From positions 3,348,001 to 3,412,000 of the forward strand of contig OX337231.1 of the NCBI GenBank assembly GCA_946965045.2: DNA of 64,000 bases, given 5' to 3'. Positions within the stretch are counted from its first letter, which is position 1. Every line of letters starts with the position of its first letter. Position numbers and translations under genes: made by a program. The notes under the pieces were generated by a model, which saw nothing but the letters and a program-made list of their open reading frames with translations, made no database searches and was not told the origin of the DNA. The stretch comes from Epithemia pelagica. Taxonomy: Eukaryota; Protista; Bacillariophyta. This document shows, piece after piece, positions 11,004 through 21,945 of the stretch.

Positions 11004-11760
11004 TGTGTGGAACAGTCGAACTGGACTGGGAATCCATAGGGATGCCAGTTCGTGTCGTGCGTGCATCCCTTACCAAGGACGTTCATGGTATAGGGTTTGG
11101 CGTTGTAGGCGCTCCCAGAACCTGGCGGCCTCGAGAGAGGTCGAGGAAATGGGAGAAAGGTTGTTCCATCCATTCGATTCTACGACGACAAGCACACATC
11201 CCTCTAGAATATAATTTTTTTGGACCTGTACGCAACCTCCTCCAAGCTCCAATGGCCAGGGGACGACCCATTACTCCATATCATGGACCAACACCACAAC
11301 CATCAAGATCTCTAGCTACCCTCTCTATGGGAGTTCTACCTATAAGCTATGACATCATGTGTGGTGCGGAACAGACGAACTGGACTCGGAATTGATCTGA
11401 ATACAATTTCGTTGTGTCTACATATCTCTTGCCAAAGATGTTTGGGGTATTGCATTAGGCGCTCCAAGAAGCGTGGAACAGAACCACCTTCTTACAGGAA
11501 TGACGCCTTGTCGAACCTGGCCTCGAGGGAGGTAGAGGAAATAAGTTTCCTTCTGCCATACTATTGGAGGAAGGTTTTTCCATCCATTCGATTCTACGAC
11601 GACAAGCACGCATCCCTCTAGAATATTTTTTTCTGGACCTGTACGCAACCTCCAAGCTCCAAGGGACGACCCATCATTGCTCCATCGTCATGTGGACCAA
11701 ACCCACAAACGAAAAAGATCTAGCTACCCTCTCTATGGGAGTCCTACCTGCGATAGCTAT
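11004..11760. repeat. Degenerate intergenic tandem duplication (~360-400-bp unit, 2 copies)
   Basis: Shared blocks: ggaacag(t/a)cgaactggact (~11008/11368); ttccatccattcgattctacgacgacaagcac (~11164/11578); tttttggacctgtacgcaacctcc; ctagctaccctctctatgggagt (~11311/11720). Confidence 0.85.
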
Positions 11761-12154
11761 AGAAGCGGTTCAGGTGCGATGGACCACGTGGCACTACTTC
11801 TTCTCGATTTTGTTCTGTAATTTTACTGTAGTGAACCTTACACAGCGACTTAGGCGCAACCATTAATCCACGCACGCCCTTCCGGGTACGAACCCAGGAA
11901 CCGTGTCGGATTGGGCGCGCCTCCTCACACTTGCCTTGCAGTCTTGGCGGGATCATCACAAGATGAGATGGTGTGAATGAGAGAAGGGAGGCGCTGCCAC
12001 TACACGGAAGACGACACAAACCAACACTCGCACATGCAAGAAAAAAAAAACATGAGGATCCAAACTGTGGTTCTTTCTCTAGTTGCAGTGTGTCATTTGC
12101 GGTGGGACAGTCCGTGGCCATTCTCATCCAGATACCATCACTACCACCACCACC

Positions 12155-15100
12155 ATGTCGCCGCCATCTTCTTCTTCGTCGTCGTCTTTCGAGGTTGTTG
12201 TTGGCGGTGGTGCAGCAGTCAGTAGTAACCTTGGTGGTTGGACGGTCCAGGACTTGTCGTATCAGGACATGGCGGTGGATGAAACGGGTGCGGTACTAAG
12301 TCGAGACCGCAAGGAACGATTGCGTCTCAAGCATGGCTATTGTCCCACCTGTCCCACCATTCCCATTCAATTGTACACCATGAAACGATCTCGTCTCAAT
12401 CCACTCTGGTCCTCCAAAACGCCTCGGTCCGTCGAGGCCGAATGTCACAATGGCATGTGCCTCAAGTGTTGTGGTTCCTCTGCATCCTCGTCAACCGCTG
12501 CAACCACAAACGCCGCAGCAGCAGCAGCAGCACGTTCACGATCCGTGTCGTCCTTGCCAACAATTCAGTCGTCGTCGGCGGCGTCGCCCTTGCTCCATGC
12601 TCCATCGGTTTCCAGTGGCGCTTCGTTCCGGAGTACCGCCACTGCTGCAACGACCACCACTACCAGTCCCGAGGCCACCAGCAGTATCGCGAGAGCCCCC
12701 AGAAGCCACACCATGACGACCACCAATCACCATCCTTCTTCTCATGCTCATTCTCATCGTCACCCCGCTTCACTGCCGCAGTCTCCTCCCATGAAACGCA
12801 CTGGCACACGTCGTATTGGTGGAACGCGCCATTCCACCAGTCGAGGAGGAGGAGCCTTGGTGCCACCACCCCCTTGGGCCTTGGAGGAGGAAGGAGAGGA
12901 ATCGAGTCATAGTAGCAACAGCAGCCCGACAACTCCAGTCTCGTCCGCCACGACCAACAAGAAGAACAAGGACACGTGCAATCCTTCACTCAACGACTCC
13001 TTGAGTACGACGAGTGGTAGCAGTCGTTTCACCATGCCCTCGTTGGTGCCGGCAGCTTCCGTGAGTACGACTACCACCGACAGTACTACCACGGCAACCT
13101 CGACTGCCACGACCACCCACAGTCCCACCAGTGTGGCATCCACAACCGCAACGACCGTGTCCTCTTCTCCACTCTTGCATTCCCGCAGTACTCATTCTGT
13201 GCGAAACAACAGTCCAACAACCGGAGGACCCGTATCATCCTCTTCTTTGGGTGGTTCCTCCTCTCGCTCCTTGTTGCTATCCTCGTCGTCAAATTCCCTG
13301 CGCAGCATGAACAGTAGCAGTCATCACACTCACAACGCTGCTAGTACTACCACTACCACCACCATGCATCGCCAATCGACCCGCACCAACATGATGATTC
13401 GCGAAGCTTCGGTTCGGAGTGCCGTCTCGACCCTGTCGGATGGTCCCTCGTACCATTCAAGCAACCACACGACTACGAGCAGCCCCCACCACCCACAACA
13501 CACTACGGGCGAACTGGGGGGACGACAAGCCAGTACCCAATCCTTGGAATTGGTAGTCCCACAACCACACCAACATCATTCCAGTAAGGAACACGACGAC
13601 TGGATGGAGAGTGCGACCACTGTTGGTGGCGGCGGCGGCCACGAAAGTCTTTCCACATGGTCCGAACTGCATCTCTCCGGTTCCAACCACCATACGTCTC
13701 CCAGAAGTGTCCTTTCCACCAATACCGGCCGGTCCATGGAACAAGAACCACAAGAAGACGATACCAACAAGAACCACACCGACCCACAAGAACTCTTCCT
13801 TTCTCTCCAAGACGACGACGACGAAAAACAGTCGCCACAAGACCAGCATCACGACAAACAAGACCCTCAAGATTATCCACATGTTGCCCAAGTAGTACTG
13901 GACGACTTGCAAAGCTTGGTCCACCAATTGGTCTTGGCCTCGAGTTGGACCGTCTTGGCCAATGTCTTGGCCAATGCCATGAAGCAGCATGCGTCGTATC
14001 ATGCAGCAGTGGCCCGGTTTTGCTTGTCGACGCTGGCAGAATACTATGGTCATGGTGGTGATGGTGGTACTCCAACGGCGAACCATGAGCAAGAACAACA
14101 ACAACCACAAGGCTCTATTCAATTGTTGTGGCATGTGCAAGTCGACAAGTGGTTGGTCCATGCCATGAAACAGCATCCCCACGATCCCGTGGTACAAGAA
14201 CAGGCCTGTCGATTGGCGCATTGTCTCTTGTTGGCACCAGACGAGGACGATGACAACAACCATTCGTATCATCAAGACTGGTTGGTCCAAGCCCAACTTC
14301 CCTGGTATTTGTATCAGGCCATGAGGCAGTTTGGAACAGAAAGTGTGGCCGTGGCCATCCATGGCATGGCCGTAGCTCGAAGCTTGTCCATTCATGCGAC
14401 GGCCCGTTCCGTCTGGAATGACATATCACGGCAGGATTCTGGTGGCGCGTCGTCGTCGTCGTCGTCTTGTGGTTTCGTCTTTGTCCAAGTCATGCACCAT
14501 CATCCAACGGTGGCCCAAGTCCAACGCGATGCCTGTGCCCTCTTGAACAATTTGGCCGTGGATCTGGAACAATACCATGTTTCGACCGTCCCTCCCGACA
14601 CCTTGCAGGGTGTGTTGTTGGCTCTCCAGAATCGTGCCACCCATGACGACGACAACAACAACAACGACAACAACAACAAGTCATCATCCGTAGTGTCAAG
14701 TGCTTTGTTTGCCTTGCAAAATTTGACGTACAATGACACCAATTTGGGTACCCTGTGTCGTCTCCCCAATGTGTGTCGGATCCTCCACCAAGTTGTTGTG
14801 GTCGCCACAACGTGTGCCAAAAGCCACAACGATTCGGAGAACGCCCAAATGCTCTTGGAACGAGTTCAACTCCGACAAACCCAAGACTTGTCACTCGAAG
14901 AACAAGCCTTGGAGTCCTTACAGGCTCATATACAACTCAAACAGGACGATCCACATCTCTTGGTGGATGTGTTGGCCGTTTGCGATGCTCATTCCGGGTC
15001 CCAGCAAATTGTCTCGACTGGCTTGCAACACATTGGTCAAGTAGTAGTAACATCTTCTTCTTCTTTTTCTTCCAGCAGACAACAGCAACTGGACCACTTT

Positions 15101-15223
15101 CTTTGCGAGGAAACGGCACTTTCTCGGGTTCAAGCCCATCTTGTCACCTTTGCCTCCGATCCAGTCGTTGCGCCAACGGCACAAGCCATTTTACAGGCCT
15201 GTGCGTCCGACAAGCACAAATAG
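12155..15223 (+). CDS. Uncharacterised protein: N-terminal Cys motif, long S/T/H low-complexity linker, C-terminal ARM/HEAT-like helical repeats
   Basis: Long ORF (track start 12083, first ATG 12155); GYCPTCP...ECHNGMCLKC; helical repeats with AMKQHP..P.VQEQAC, VQRDACALLNNLA, ALFALQNLT. Confidence 0.75.
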   Translation: MSPPSSSSSSSFEVVVGGGAAVSSNLGGWTVQDLSYQDMAVDETGAVLSRDRKERLRLKHGYCPTCPTIPIQLYTMKRSRLNPLWSSKTPRSVEAECHNGMCLKCCGSSASSSTAATTNAAAAAAARSRSVSSLPTIQSSSAASPLLHAPSVSSGASFRSTATAATTTTTSPEATSSIARAPRSHTMTTTNHHPSSHAHSHRHPASLPQSPPMKRTGTRRIGGTRHSTSRGGGALVPPPPWALEEEGEESSHSSNSSPTTPVSSATTNKKNKDTCNPSLNDSLSTTSGSSRFTMPSLVPAASVSTTTTDSTTTATSTATTTHSPTSVASTTATTVSSSPLLHSRSTHSVRNNSPTTGGPVSSSSLGGSSSRSLLLSSSSNSLRSMNSSSHHTHNAASTTTTTTMHRQSTRTNMMIREASVRSAVSTLSDGPSYHSSNHTTTSSPHHPQHTTGELGGRQASTQSLELVVPQPHQHHSSKEHDDWMESATTVGGGGGHESLSTWSELHLSGSNHHTSPRSVLSTNTGRSMEQEPQEDDTNKNHTDPQELFLSLQDDDDEKQSPQDQHHDKQDPQDYPHVAQVVLDDLQSLVHQLVLASSWTVLANVLANAMKQHASYHAAVARFCLSTLAEYYGHGGDGGTPTANHEQEQQQPQGSIQLLWHVQVDKWLVHAMKQHPHDPVVQEQACRLAHCLLLAPDEDDDNNHSYHQDWLVQAQLPWYLYQAMRQFGTESVAVAIHGMAVARSLSIHATARSVWNDISRQDSGGASSSSSSCGFVFVQVMHHHPTVAQVQRDACALLNNLAVDLEQYHVSTVPPDTLQGVLLALQNRATHDDDNNNNDNNNKSSSVVSSALFALQNLTYNDTNLGTLCRLPNVCRILHQVVVVATTCAKSHNDSENAQMLLERVQLRQTQDLSLEEQALESLQAHIQLKQDDPHLLVDVLAVCDAHSGSQQIVSTGLQHIGQVVVTSSSSFSSSRQQQLDHFLCEETALSRVQAHLVTFASDPVVAPTAQAILQACASDKHK

Positions 15224-15549
15224 ACGAATCTGTTTCAAGTTGTACTACAACGTGTTCATAACGTTGGGCTGTGTGTGTGTTGGCACAACAACAAACAAGG
15301 TATTCGTAACTCAAAAACGACTCGACACAACTAGAGAGGCGCACGCCAAAAGGGGGGTTCTTTCCAACGTACCAAACGGAAAGACAAGCATAAAATCATG
15401 TGGTACTGTTACATTCATAAGTCAATAAAGCAAACTTAAGCTGCTTTTCAACGGATAGCAATTTCATTCTAGCACTCCACAAAAATGTTCCACACAAACT
15501 TTTGGAATATCGTCGGCCCCCATACAAACAAACATTCCATGGCAACAGT

Positions 15550-18500
15550 TTACTTGTTCAATTGGATCCGCCCCGTGACTTCGTTTTGACAGAGTGGACA
15601 CGTGTCAATATGGTCAAACTTGGAAGAACAGTCGGCACAAATGGACAAATGAAAGCAGGGTTTCATGACCACCACGCGCGGATTTTGCTCGCAAATGAGG
15701 CACAAAAAGTCATTCGCAGCCGAGGCATCCTTGTCTTTTCCGCTTTGCTGTTCCGGAATGCTTCCCAGTGGTTTATTCAAGGAAGGGGACTTTGTACCCA
15801 AATTCAACTTGATGGAAGGTTGTTTCCGCTTTCGCTGTTGGCCTTTTCCCTTGGCATCAGGTGTCGATGATACAGAGCTTGCAATTGAATCTTCTTCTTC
15901 GTGTTCACCTGTTTCGTCAACCACTTCCTTCCAACGAAAGGCAACCCTGTCAAATGTCATTCGTTTCTTTGGGCCAGTGCTCAACGTGCTGGATTCGGAA
16001 ACACTCTGTGGACCTGGTTGTTTTTGGACCCATCTCATTGTCAGTCTGTCAAATTGAGCGACATGATCGTCCTTTCGTCGCGGCATCTCTGCAACCGAAT
16101 AGGAGCGATGGCTGGAGCATGTGGACAATTCATCGATCGTGTCAGATTGGGCGACCGACAATGACTCCGATGACACAACAAGAGGATTGTGATCCTTCTC
16201 GGATACAACAGTGCGGCTCGTTTCGGCTCCTTTGCCCTTAGAGGCTATTGGATTCGTGTCATGATGGGTGCCATTCGTGTGACCCGCATTGGAGACAGGG
16301 AACGACGATTTGGGCTCGGAAGTATCCTGTACGAGGCCATCTCTTTCCGGTGCTGGTATTGATGCAGTAACCTGCAAGCCCCCACTGCATTCTGACATCG
16401 AGTCCAAAGAATTAGAATCACCATCCGACGGATGGCCATCAGCACTGACAGCCGAGTCGACCGATTCATTGGTGCTTTCTTGGTCAACAGCGGAATCTTT
16501 TAGGGGCTTCGCTTGTACATGAGGGTTTTTAGCCGATATTTGCACGGCATCAGTTTCCAGCCCATGATCATGGTTTTTGTGGGAAAAGTCTTCCATAGAA
16601 GTTTCATGTCCAAGATCGTCGTCTCTTGCGATAACATATGACGATTCTGGCTTTGTGTTGCCAACGGATTGAACGCGTTCTGGTTTTGTATTCACTTTTG
16701 GAGATTCCGGTTGTTTATCGAAGAGATTCACAAGTTCTTTTACCGAGTGCCCTCTCGTTAGCTCGCGCCCCTTGTTGAGTCGATCCTCGGCATTGCTTGA
16801 TTCAGCAAGCAACCCAGGTTGTGTCTCTTTCTTGTCACCTTTTGGAAGCTCTATTTTTGTGCCATTCGGCTTGCCAAGAGAGTGTCCATGAGTGTCGTTC
16901 GACAAGGCAGGCCCACGTTTCTCTGGCTCTAATGCCGCCGTCGAGGATTTCTCATTCCAAATGTTCTCTTTCTGCTCAACCTCTATACCATTCTTGTCAC
17001 CTTCCACTTTGTTGATCACAGCCTCATCTTTTCCCTCGATTTCAATGAGAATATCTTCCTCAACGCTTGATTCGTCAGAGTTATCACCATCCGCTAGAAC
17101 TGATTTTGGCCGCCTACTATCTGCAACAAATTCCATCACACTCGAGGACTCACTTCCGTCGTCGCAAGAAACAAGGTTGTTTGTTCCGAGAGCCCTGAAT
17201 GAGACAGATTTTGAGGATCTCTGTGACACGGAGCGTTTCGAGTGATCCGAGTCTACAAAGAGAATCATTTCTTTACTCTCATCCAAAGTTGTTTCGAGCA
17301 GTCCATGGCCTCTGTTCCCCTCTGTGATCGACGTTTTGTTCTTGTTCCTTGTCTCTTTCAATTCGGTATCGTCTCCTAGCCAAACCATTCCAACGGCACC
17401 AGCATCGATCATATCGAAAGGCAATGTCATTGAACGATATGAGTTGTCTCCAGACCGAACGGAATTGCTATGAGCTGGTTCAGAGCGACCATGAGAGGAG
17501 GAGTACAGGTTATTTCCATTTCCTTCGCTCTTTTTCTGAACCAGTTCGTCCTCGGCAATATCGCTTATTTTCCCTTTCACTCCATGACGTTCGTTTTCGG
17601 TTCGACCATAATCGGAGTTCCTTTCAGATTTGGATTCTTTCGGACTTGCTTGGCTCGCACCACTTAGACTTCCTGTTGCGAATGACTTTTCTTCATATGT
17701 AGCAAAGGACCTATCAGATGTGGCAAAAGACTTGATCGTCTTGGTCGAACCCTCTGTCGCAAATGATTTGAAAGTGTGTTTCGACTCGCCGCCCTTGTGC
17801 GAGGTTGTGAGATCCGAAAGATGAGATCTCAATGAAGTCACACTCCCTCGTTTAAAGGTATCACTGGATTGAGAGGATGCCACGGACTTGGTTCGTTTTG
17901 GAGCTGCCCTGCCCTTTGTTTGCTGAGTTGTCCCCGTTGCAGTTGACATCTCGGCAATCTGACCACTCGCTCGAATACTAACTGGAAGCCGAGCGAAGGA
18001 AGCCTCCCTTTCTTCCAACGAATCCCGTGATCTACGTCTGTACTCAAAAGTCACAAGACCACCATATTCCGAATCCTCGGAATCGGATTCATTCTCGTGG
18101 TCCACCGCCCGAAGTAAATCGCTCGGGACCGGGAGACTCAAAGCTGCAGACGACTCATCACCGGCAAATGTGCAACTGGCATCCCCGATGTCAGATTCAC
18201 ATGCAAATTCGTAAGCTGAGGACTCTCCTCCTTCTGTTACGGAAACTGAATCATCACTTCCTTCTTCCTCGTCAAAGCTCTCTGCGGCAAGCAAGGTATT
18301 GTTCCCGGCAGCCATGCTATGTGCGGTGACATTCACCATACTGTGTGCCGTCACATTATGAAGGGTTGAAGAAAGAGTTGACATGACATCCAGATTCGAC
18401 AAAATTGATGCATCGCATTCGTACACGTCCCCGACAGCAGGAGTTCTTGTTTCGTGTTTGGACAGCAAGCTCATCAAAGTAGTCTTTTCCGGTCCATCCT

Positions 18501-21500
18501 GCACTCGGCTTCCCTGTGAAGACAAAGTTGCTTTAGAAGGAGTTCGCTCTAGACCAGAGCGACTGCTTCTATTACTTCCCTGTGATTCCAGTTCCAGCAT
18601 TTCACTTCCGTGACCGCTCGAGTCTAAATCTGGGATTCCAGCATTACTGATCGCGATAGAGTCAAGGTCGGGAAGAGGAGTTGCTTCGCTGTTGACGCTA
18701 GCGTCAACAGGTCCGGTTTGTTTCCTTCGAGGAGAGCCCAGGACGGCGGGGATATAACCCTGTATCTGTCTTGTGTTTCCAGCATTTGGATCCAACAGAT
18801 GGCGAATAGGAGAGGCGAGAGGAGGCGTCGGAGAGTGGGCATTGTTCGAGGACGAGTAGATTGTATCGGCTTCCGTCAAAGACTTCGACGTGTCGGTATG
18901 GTCATGATCGGCCAGGTAGGAGTGAGCACCACGGCGTTCTGTCGCGGCCGAGGTTTCGGTCCCTTCTTCCTCCTCCTCCGCGGCAGCATTCGGAAATACG
19001 CGAGACCGTTCCGTCGCAACGTAAGAAGCAGTTTCTTGTCGAGCGGGTTGTATCATTGTCACATCTGCCCGAAGAAGTTCAAAGATACTGCTCAACACGT
19101 TGCGATCATGGTTCTTTTGATGTTGATAAACGGCATTGGTTTGCTCAAAGGGACTTAGCTTGTTCCAATCGGCCAGCGATCCCTCATTGCGCGCCATGAA
19201 CAAAAACCGCACACGATCTTCCCGGGTGAACTCCCGTTTGACCGCCATGAGCTGAAAGGGATACAAGTTGGTCGTTGGATCTCGACGCCGCAATACTCCT
19301 GGATCTGGTTGGACCAAGGGTTCCAGTTCGTCCTCCCAATGGACACGGCCTGCTTGAATCGCCAAATGTAAGGGTACCTTTCCTTCGTCCGTCGTCTCAC
19401 TGACCGCCTGGCTATAGGCATCCACCAACAAGGAAATTAACGATTGTTGACTGCGTAGGTTGGTTTCGTAGTGACGAGGAATGTAGGGACAGGTTTGGAC
19501 GGCCAAATGCAAGGGTAGTACATGCGTACCAGGAATTGGTAGAGATGCGGAGGCCACAGAAACAGCCAAAATCAATTCCACCACAGTCGGTGGTGTATCG
19601 GGGTTCAAGACAGCCATGTGTAAGGTATATTGTTCGTTGCTGGTGGGCAAAAAAATGGACACAATGGAATTGCTATGAGACAAGAGCCTCGGCGATGGCT
19701 TGGGACAGCAATACTTGATCCAAAATCTCATTTTATTCCACCATCGTTCAAATTCTGGCGACAAGCTGGACCAATCGCCCTTGGGTGCCAAATCAATGGC
19801 AGCTTCCAAATTACGTATATGCTCCTCCACGGGTTTCCGGTGTGCCCCATCACTTCCGGCTTTGTGAAAGAGATAATTCAAATAATGTTGAGCGACCGTC
19901 CCCATACCGGAATCATCCCGTGCTTCTCGAATGGGTCCCTTTTTCTTATGACTGGCTTTGGGACCGGCCGCTGCTTCCACGACAGAGGGTGCCCATCGCA
20001 ACAATTGAAAGACAGTCGATGTGCGTTCCAAGACTTCCGACACGAAGTATTGTTTTTGGACGGCATTGCTTCGTTGTCGGTCACTGAGTCCCCGCCAGAC
20101 ATGATGGGTATACTTATTCCGAGCACTAAAGGCCCATCGCGAATGGGCATTGTATTTGCCATTGGGTCCAAACAAGGCACCTTCCGCTTCTTGTTCCAAA
20201 CCGGTGCCAACGGCAGCCACATGCAAAAAGGGAACCAAGTGTGTTCCTGGATCTCGACAGAGCAGTGTTTCGGGAGCAGCATTGACCAAGGGTTGAAGAC
20301 TGCCCAATTTGCCGGCCGCAATAGCCAAATGCAAAGGAAGTCGTCCTTTGTACCGTTGGTGCACGCAGGAGTGATCGGCATGAGTGACAATCTCCGTCGT
20401 GGAAAGTGACGAGGAGGAAAGGTTGGAACAAACATAGCTTCCTTCCAATTGCAATTCGTAATTTCGAGGAATGTAATCCGGTGTGACACAGGCCAAATGG
20501 ATGGGCAAACTCCCTTCCATATCACTGGGTGCCGGTGTCGTCAAGGCCATGGAGTCGGGATACAAGGCCAACAAGAGTCGTGAGACCAACGGTGGTACAT
20601 CGGAATTGGACAAGGCGGCATGCAACAAATACTGCGAGGGGTAATTCTTGTCCGCCGACAATTTCTGGCCTGTCCCAAAGGCAATGAGAAATTCCATCTT
20701 TTTCCACCAATCCCAAAATCCCGGATGATCGTCCTGGGGCGGCAAGGAGCCCTGTTGGAGCAAATGGGCCGCTTGTTCCACAAAGTCCGTCACCAAGACC
20801 CATTCTTCCGTGACAGCCGATAGTTTGCGGAAAAAGCCAGCTACGAATTGGGCAGCCACCAAACCCATACCGGTTTCATCTTGAACCAGTCGGACATCGC
20901 GGGGACATTGCAAACAGAGCGATACCAAAATAGTCAAGGGATAATGTCGGTAGATACACGTGTACAAAGTAGTGCCAGCAAAGGCAGTCGCTCGTTTTTC
21001 AAAGGTGAGATAGCCCACCGAAGCTCCAATGAGCAAGGAAATGACCGCTGGTGGAGCCGCAAAGACAAGAGATTCAACCAACATGGGTCTTTTGCCTCCC
21101 ACTGTGAGCGAGGTTTGTGGATGTGTGGCCGACGCCAACAACAGCCAATGCACAATGGACCAACGATCCACTTGTTCTTCTTGCCATTGATTTGCCGCAC
21201 GGACACTGTCATCCTCATCGGCCGATTCTGTAGGTGGTGGCGGCAACTCTTTTTGGGCCATCCAGAAATTTCGGGGTGCGTCGGGCAAATTCGTGTCGGC
21301 CTTGGCTCGTTCACAGGCATAACTGAGTGGCGATTGTTGCTGGGCGTCCAATTCGGAAATTCCTGCTGGATAGGCTTCGACGAGACCGGCAATGACTTCC
21401 AAATGCATTTGATTCATGACGGCGGTATGCAACGGAAATCTACCTCCCGAAGATGCTTGTTCCGGAATGGCGGCCGCACGAGGTTCCAATCGAATCAAAT

Positions 21501-21945
21501 AGAGAACAATGTCGGTTGGAGTCTTTTCCGGATGGTTCAAACAAAAATTCAAGGCGGTCCTTCCAGTTCCCTTTTGTTGTTTCAGCAAACCTCCTTTCAT
21601 ATGTTGCAATTTGGAATTTCCAGGATTGGCAGCAGCTTCTTCGTCTCCCACGACCGAATTGGCAATCCGTCTCCAAAACGACTTTTGTTGCTTTTGTGTT
21701 TCTTCGTCGTTGCGGATCACCACTTGCGTGTCTTGTTGTGAGACGGCCAAGGATAAAATGCCACGCAGATGTTCCCACCGATTGAATTGAATGGCAGTGG
21801 TAATCTCTCGGAACCAGTCCATCGAGTCCTCATCGCCATGATTGCGACGCCGTCGTCGTCGGCTTCGATTCGCCGTGTCCAAACTGTATTTCGGATGTGA
21901 CTCGGGGGACGGTGTGGTTTTTGGTGTGGCGCTTTCCACCTGCAT
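15550..21945 (-). CDS. Large ankyrin-like repeat protein with C-terminal RING finger (putative E3 ubiquitin ligase)
   Basis: Repeated FPLH/LPIHLA/LPLHLA motifs in the N-terminal half; C-terminal CLIC...PCFHLSICADC...CPLC (C3HC4, IAP-like spacing). Start uncertain: ATGs at 22110 and 21945. Confidence 0.8.
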   Translation of the reverse strand: MQVESATPKTTPSPESHPKYSLDTANRSRRRRRRNHGDEDSMDWFREITTAIQFNRWEHLRGILSLAVSQQDTQVVIRNDEETQKQQKSFWRRIANSVVGDEEAAANPGNSKLQHMKGGLLKQQKGTGRTALNFCLNHPEKTPTDIVLYLIRLEPRAAAIPEQASSGGRFPLHTAVMNQMHLEVIAGLVEAYPAGISELDAQQQSPLSYACERAKADTNLPDAPRNFWMAQKELPPPPTESADEDDSVRAANQWQEEQVDRWSIVHWLLLASATHPQTSLTVGGKRPMLVESLVFAAPPAVISLLIGASVGYLTFEKRATAFAGTTLYTCIYRHYPLTILVSLCLQCPRDVRLVQDETGMGLVAAQFVAGFFRKLSAVTEEWVLVTDFVEQAAHLLQQGSLPPQDDHPGFWDWWKKMEFLIAFGTGQKLSADKNYPSQYLLHAALSNSDVPPLVSRLLLALYPDSMALTTPAPSDMEGSLPIHLACVTPDYIPRNYELQLEGSYVCSNLSSSSLSTTEIVTHADHSCVHQRYKGRLPLHLAIAAGKLGSLQPLVNAAPETLLCRDPGTHLVPFLHVAAVGTGLEQEAEGALFGPNGKYNAHSRWAFSARNKYTHHVWRGLSDRQRSNAVQKQYFVSEVLERTSTVFQLLRWAPSVVEAAAGPKASHKKKGPIREARDDSGMGTVAQHYLNYLFHKAGSDGAHRKPVEEHIRNLEAAIDLAPKGDWSSLSPEFERWWNKMRFWIKYCCPKPSPRLLSHSNSIVSIFLPTSNEQYTLHMAVLNPDTPPTVVELILAVSVASASLPIPGTHVLPLHLAVQTCPYIPRHYETNLRSQQSLISLLVDAYSQAVSETTDEGKVPLHLAIQAGRVHWEDELEPLVQPDPGVLRRRDPTTNLYPFQLMAVKREFTREDRVRFLFMARNEGSLADWNKLSPFEQTNAVYQHQKNHDRNVLSSIFELLRADVTMIQPARQETASYVATERSRVFPNAAAEEEEEGTETSAATERRGAHSYLADHDHTDTSKSLTEADTIYSSSNNAHSPTPPLASPIRHLLDPNAGNTRQIQGYIPAVLGSPRRKQTGPVDASVNSEATPLPDLDSIAISNAGIPDLDSSGHGSEMLELESQGSNRSSRSGLERTPSKATLSSQGSRVQDGPEKTTLMSLLSKHETRTPAVGDVYECDASILSNLDVMSTLSSTLHNVTAHSMVNVTAHSMAAGNNTLLAAESFDEEEGSDDSVSVTEGGESSAYEFACESDIGDASCTFAGDESSAALSLPVPSDLLRAVDHENESDSEDSEYGGLVTFEYRRRSRDSLEEREASFARLPVSIRASGQIAEMSTATGTTQQTKGRAAPKRTKSVASSQSSDTFKRGSVTSLRSHLSDLTTSHKGGESKHTFKSFATEGSTKTIKSFATSDRSFATYEEKSFATGSLSGASQASPKESKSERNSDYGRTENERHGVKGKISDIAEDELVQKKSEGNGNNLYSSSHGRSEPAHSNSVRSGDNSYRSMTLPFDMIDAGAVGMVWLGDDTELKETRNKNKTSITEGNRGHGLLETTLDESKEMILFVDSDHSKRSVSQRSSKSVSFRALGTNNLVSCDDGSESSSVMEFVADSRRPKSVLADGDNSDESSVEEDILIEIEGKDEAVINKVEGDKNGIEVEQKENIWNEKSSTAALEPEKRGPALSNDTHGHSLGKPNGTKIELPKGDKKETQPGLLAESSNAEDRLNKGRELTRGHSVKELVNLFDKQPESPKVNTKPERVQSVGNTKPESSYVIARDDDLGHETSMEDFSHKNHDHGLETDAVQISAKNPHVQAKPLKDSAVDQESTNESVDSAVSADGHPSDGDSNSLDSMSECSGGLQVTASIPAPERDGLVQDTSEPKSSFPVSNAGHTNGTHHDTNPIASKGKGAETSRTVVSEKDHNPLVVSSESLSVAQSDTIDELSTCSSHRSYSVAEMPRRKDDHVAQFDRLTMRWVQKQPGPQSVSESSTLSTGPKKRMTFDRVAFRWKEVVDETGEHEEEDSIASSVSSTPDAKGKGQQRKRKQPSIKLNLGTKSPSLNKPLGSIPEQQSGKDKDASAANDFLCLICEQNPRVVVMKPCFHLSICADCSSKFDHIDTCPLCQNEVTGRIQLNK

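Noticed and set aside
10309-11076. 255-aa minus-strand ORF
   Set aside because: Largely antisense to paralog B and runs through simple repeats.
13457-14395. 312-aa minus-strand ORF (and similar antisense ORFs at 20848-21741, 33177-34055, 47838-48608, 55911-57050)
   Set aside because: Antisense shadows of longer, motif-supported genes; codon bias suppresses stops on the opposite strand.
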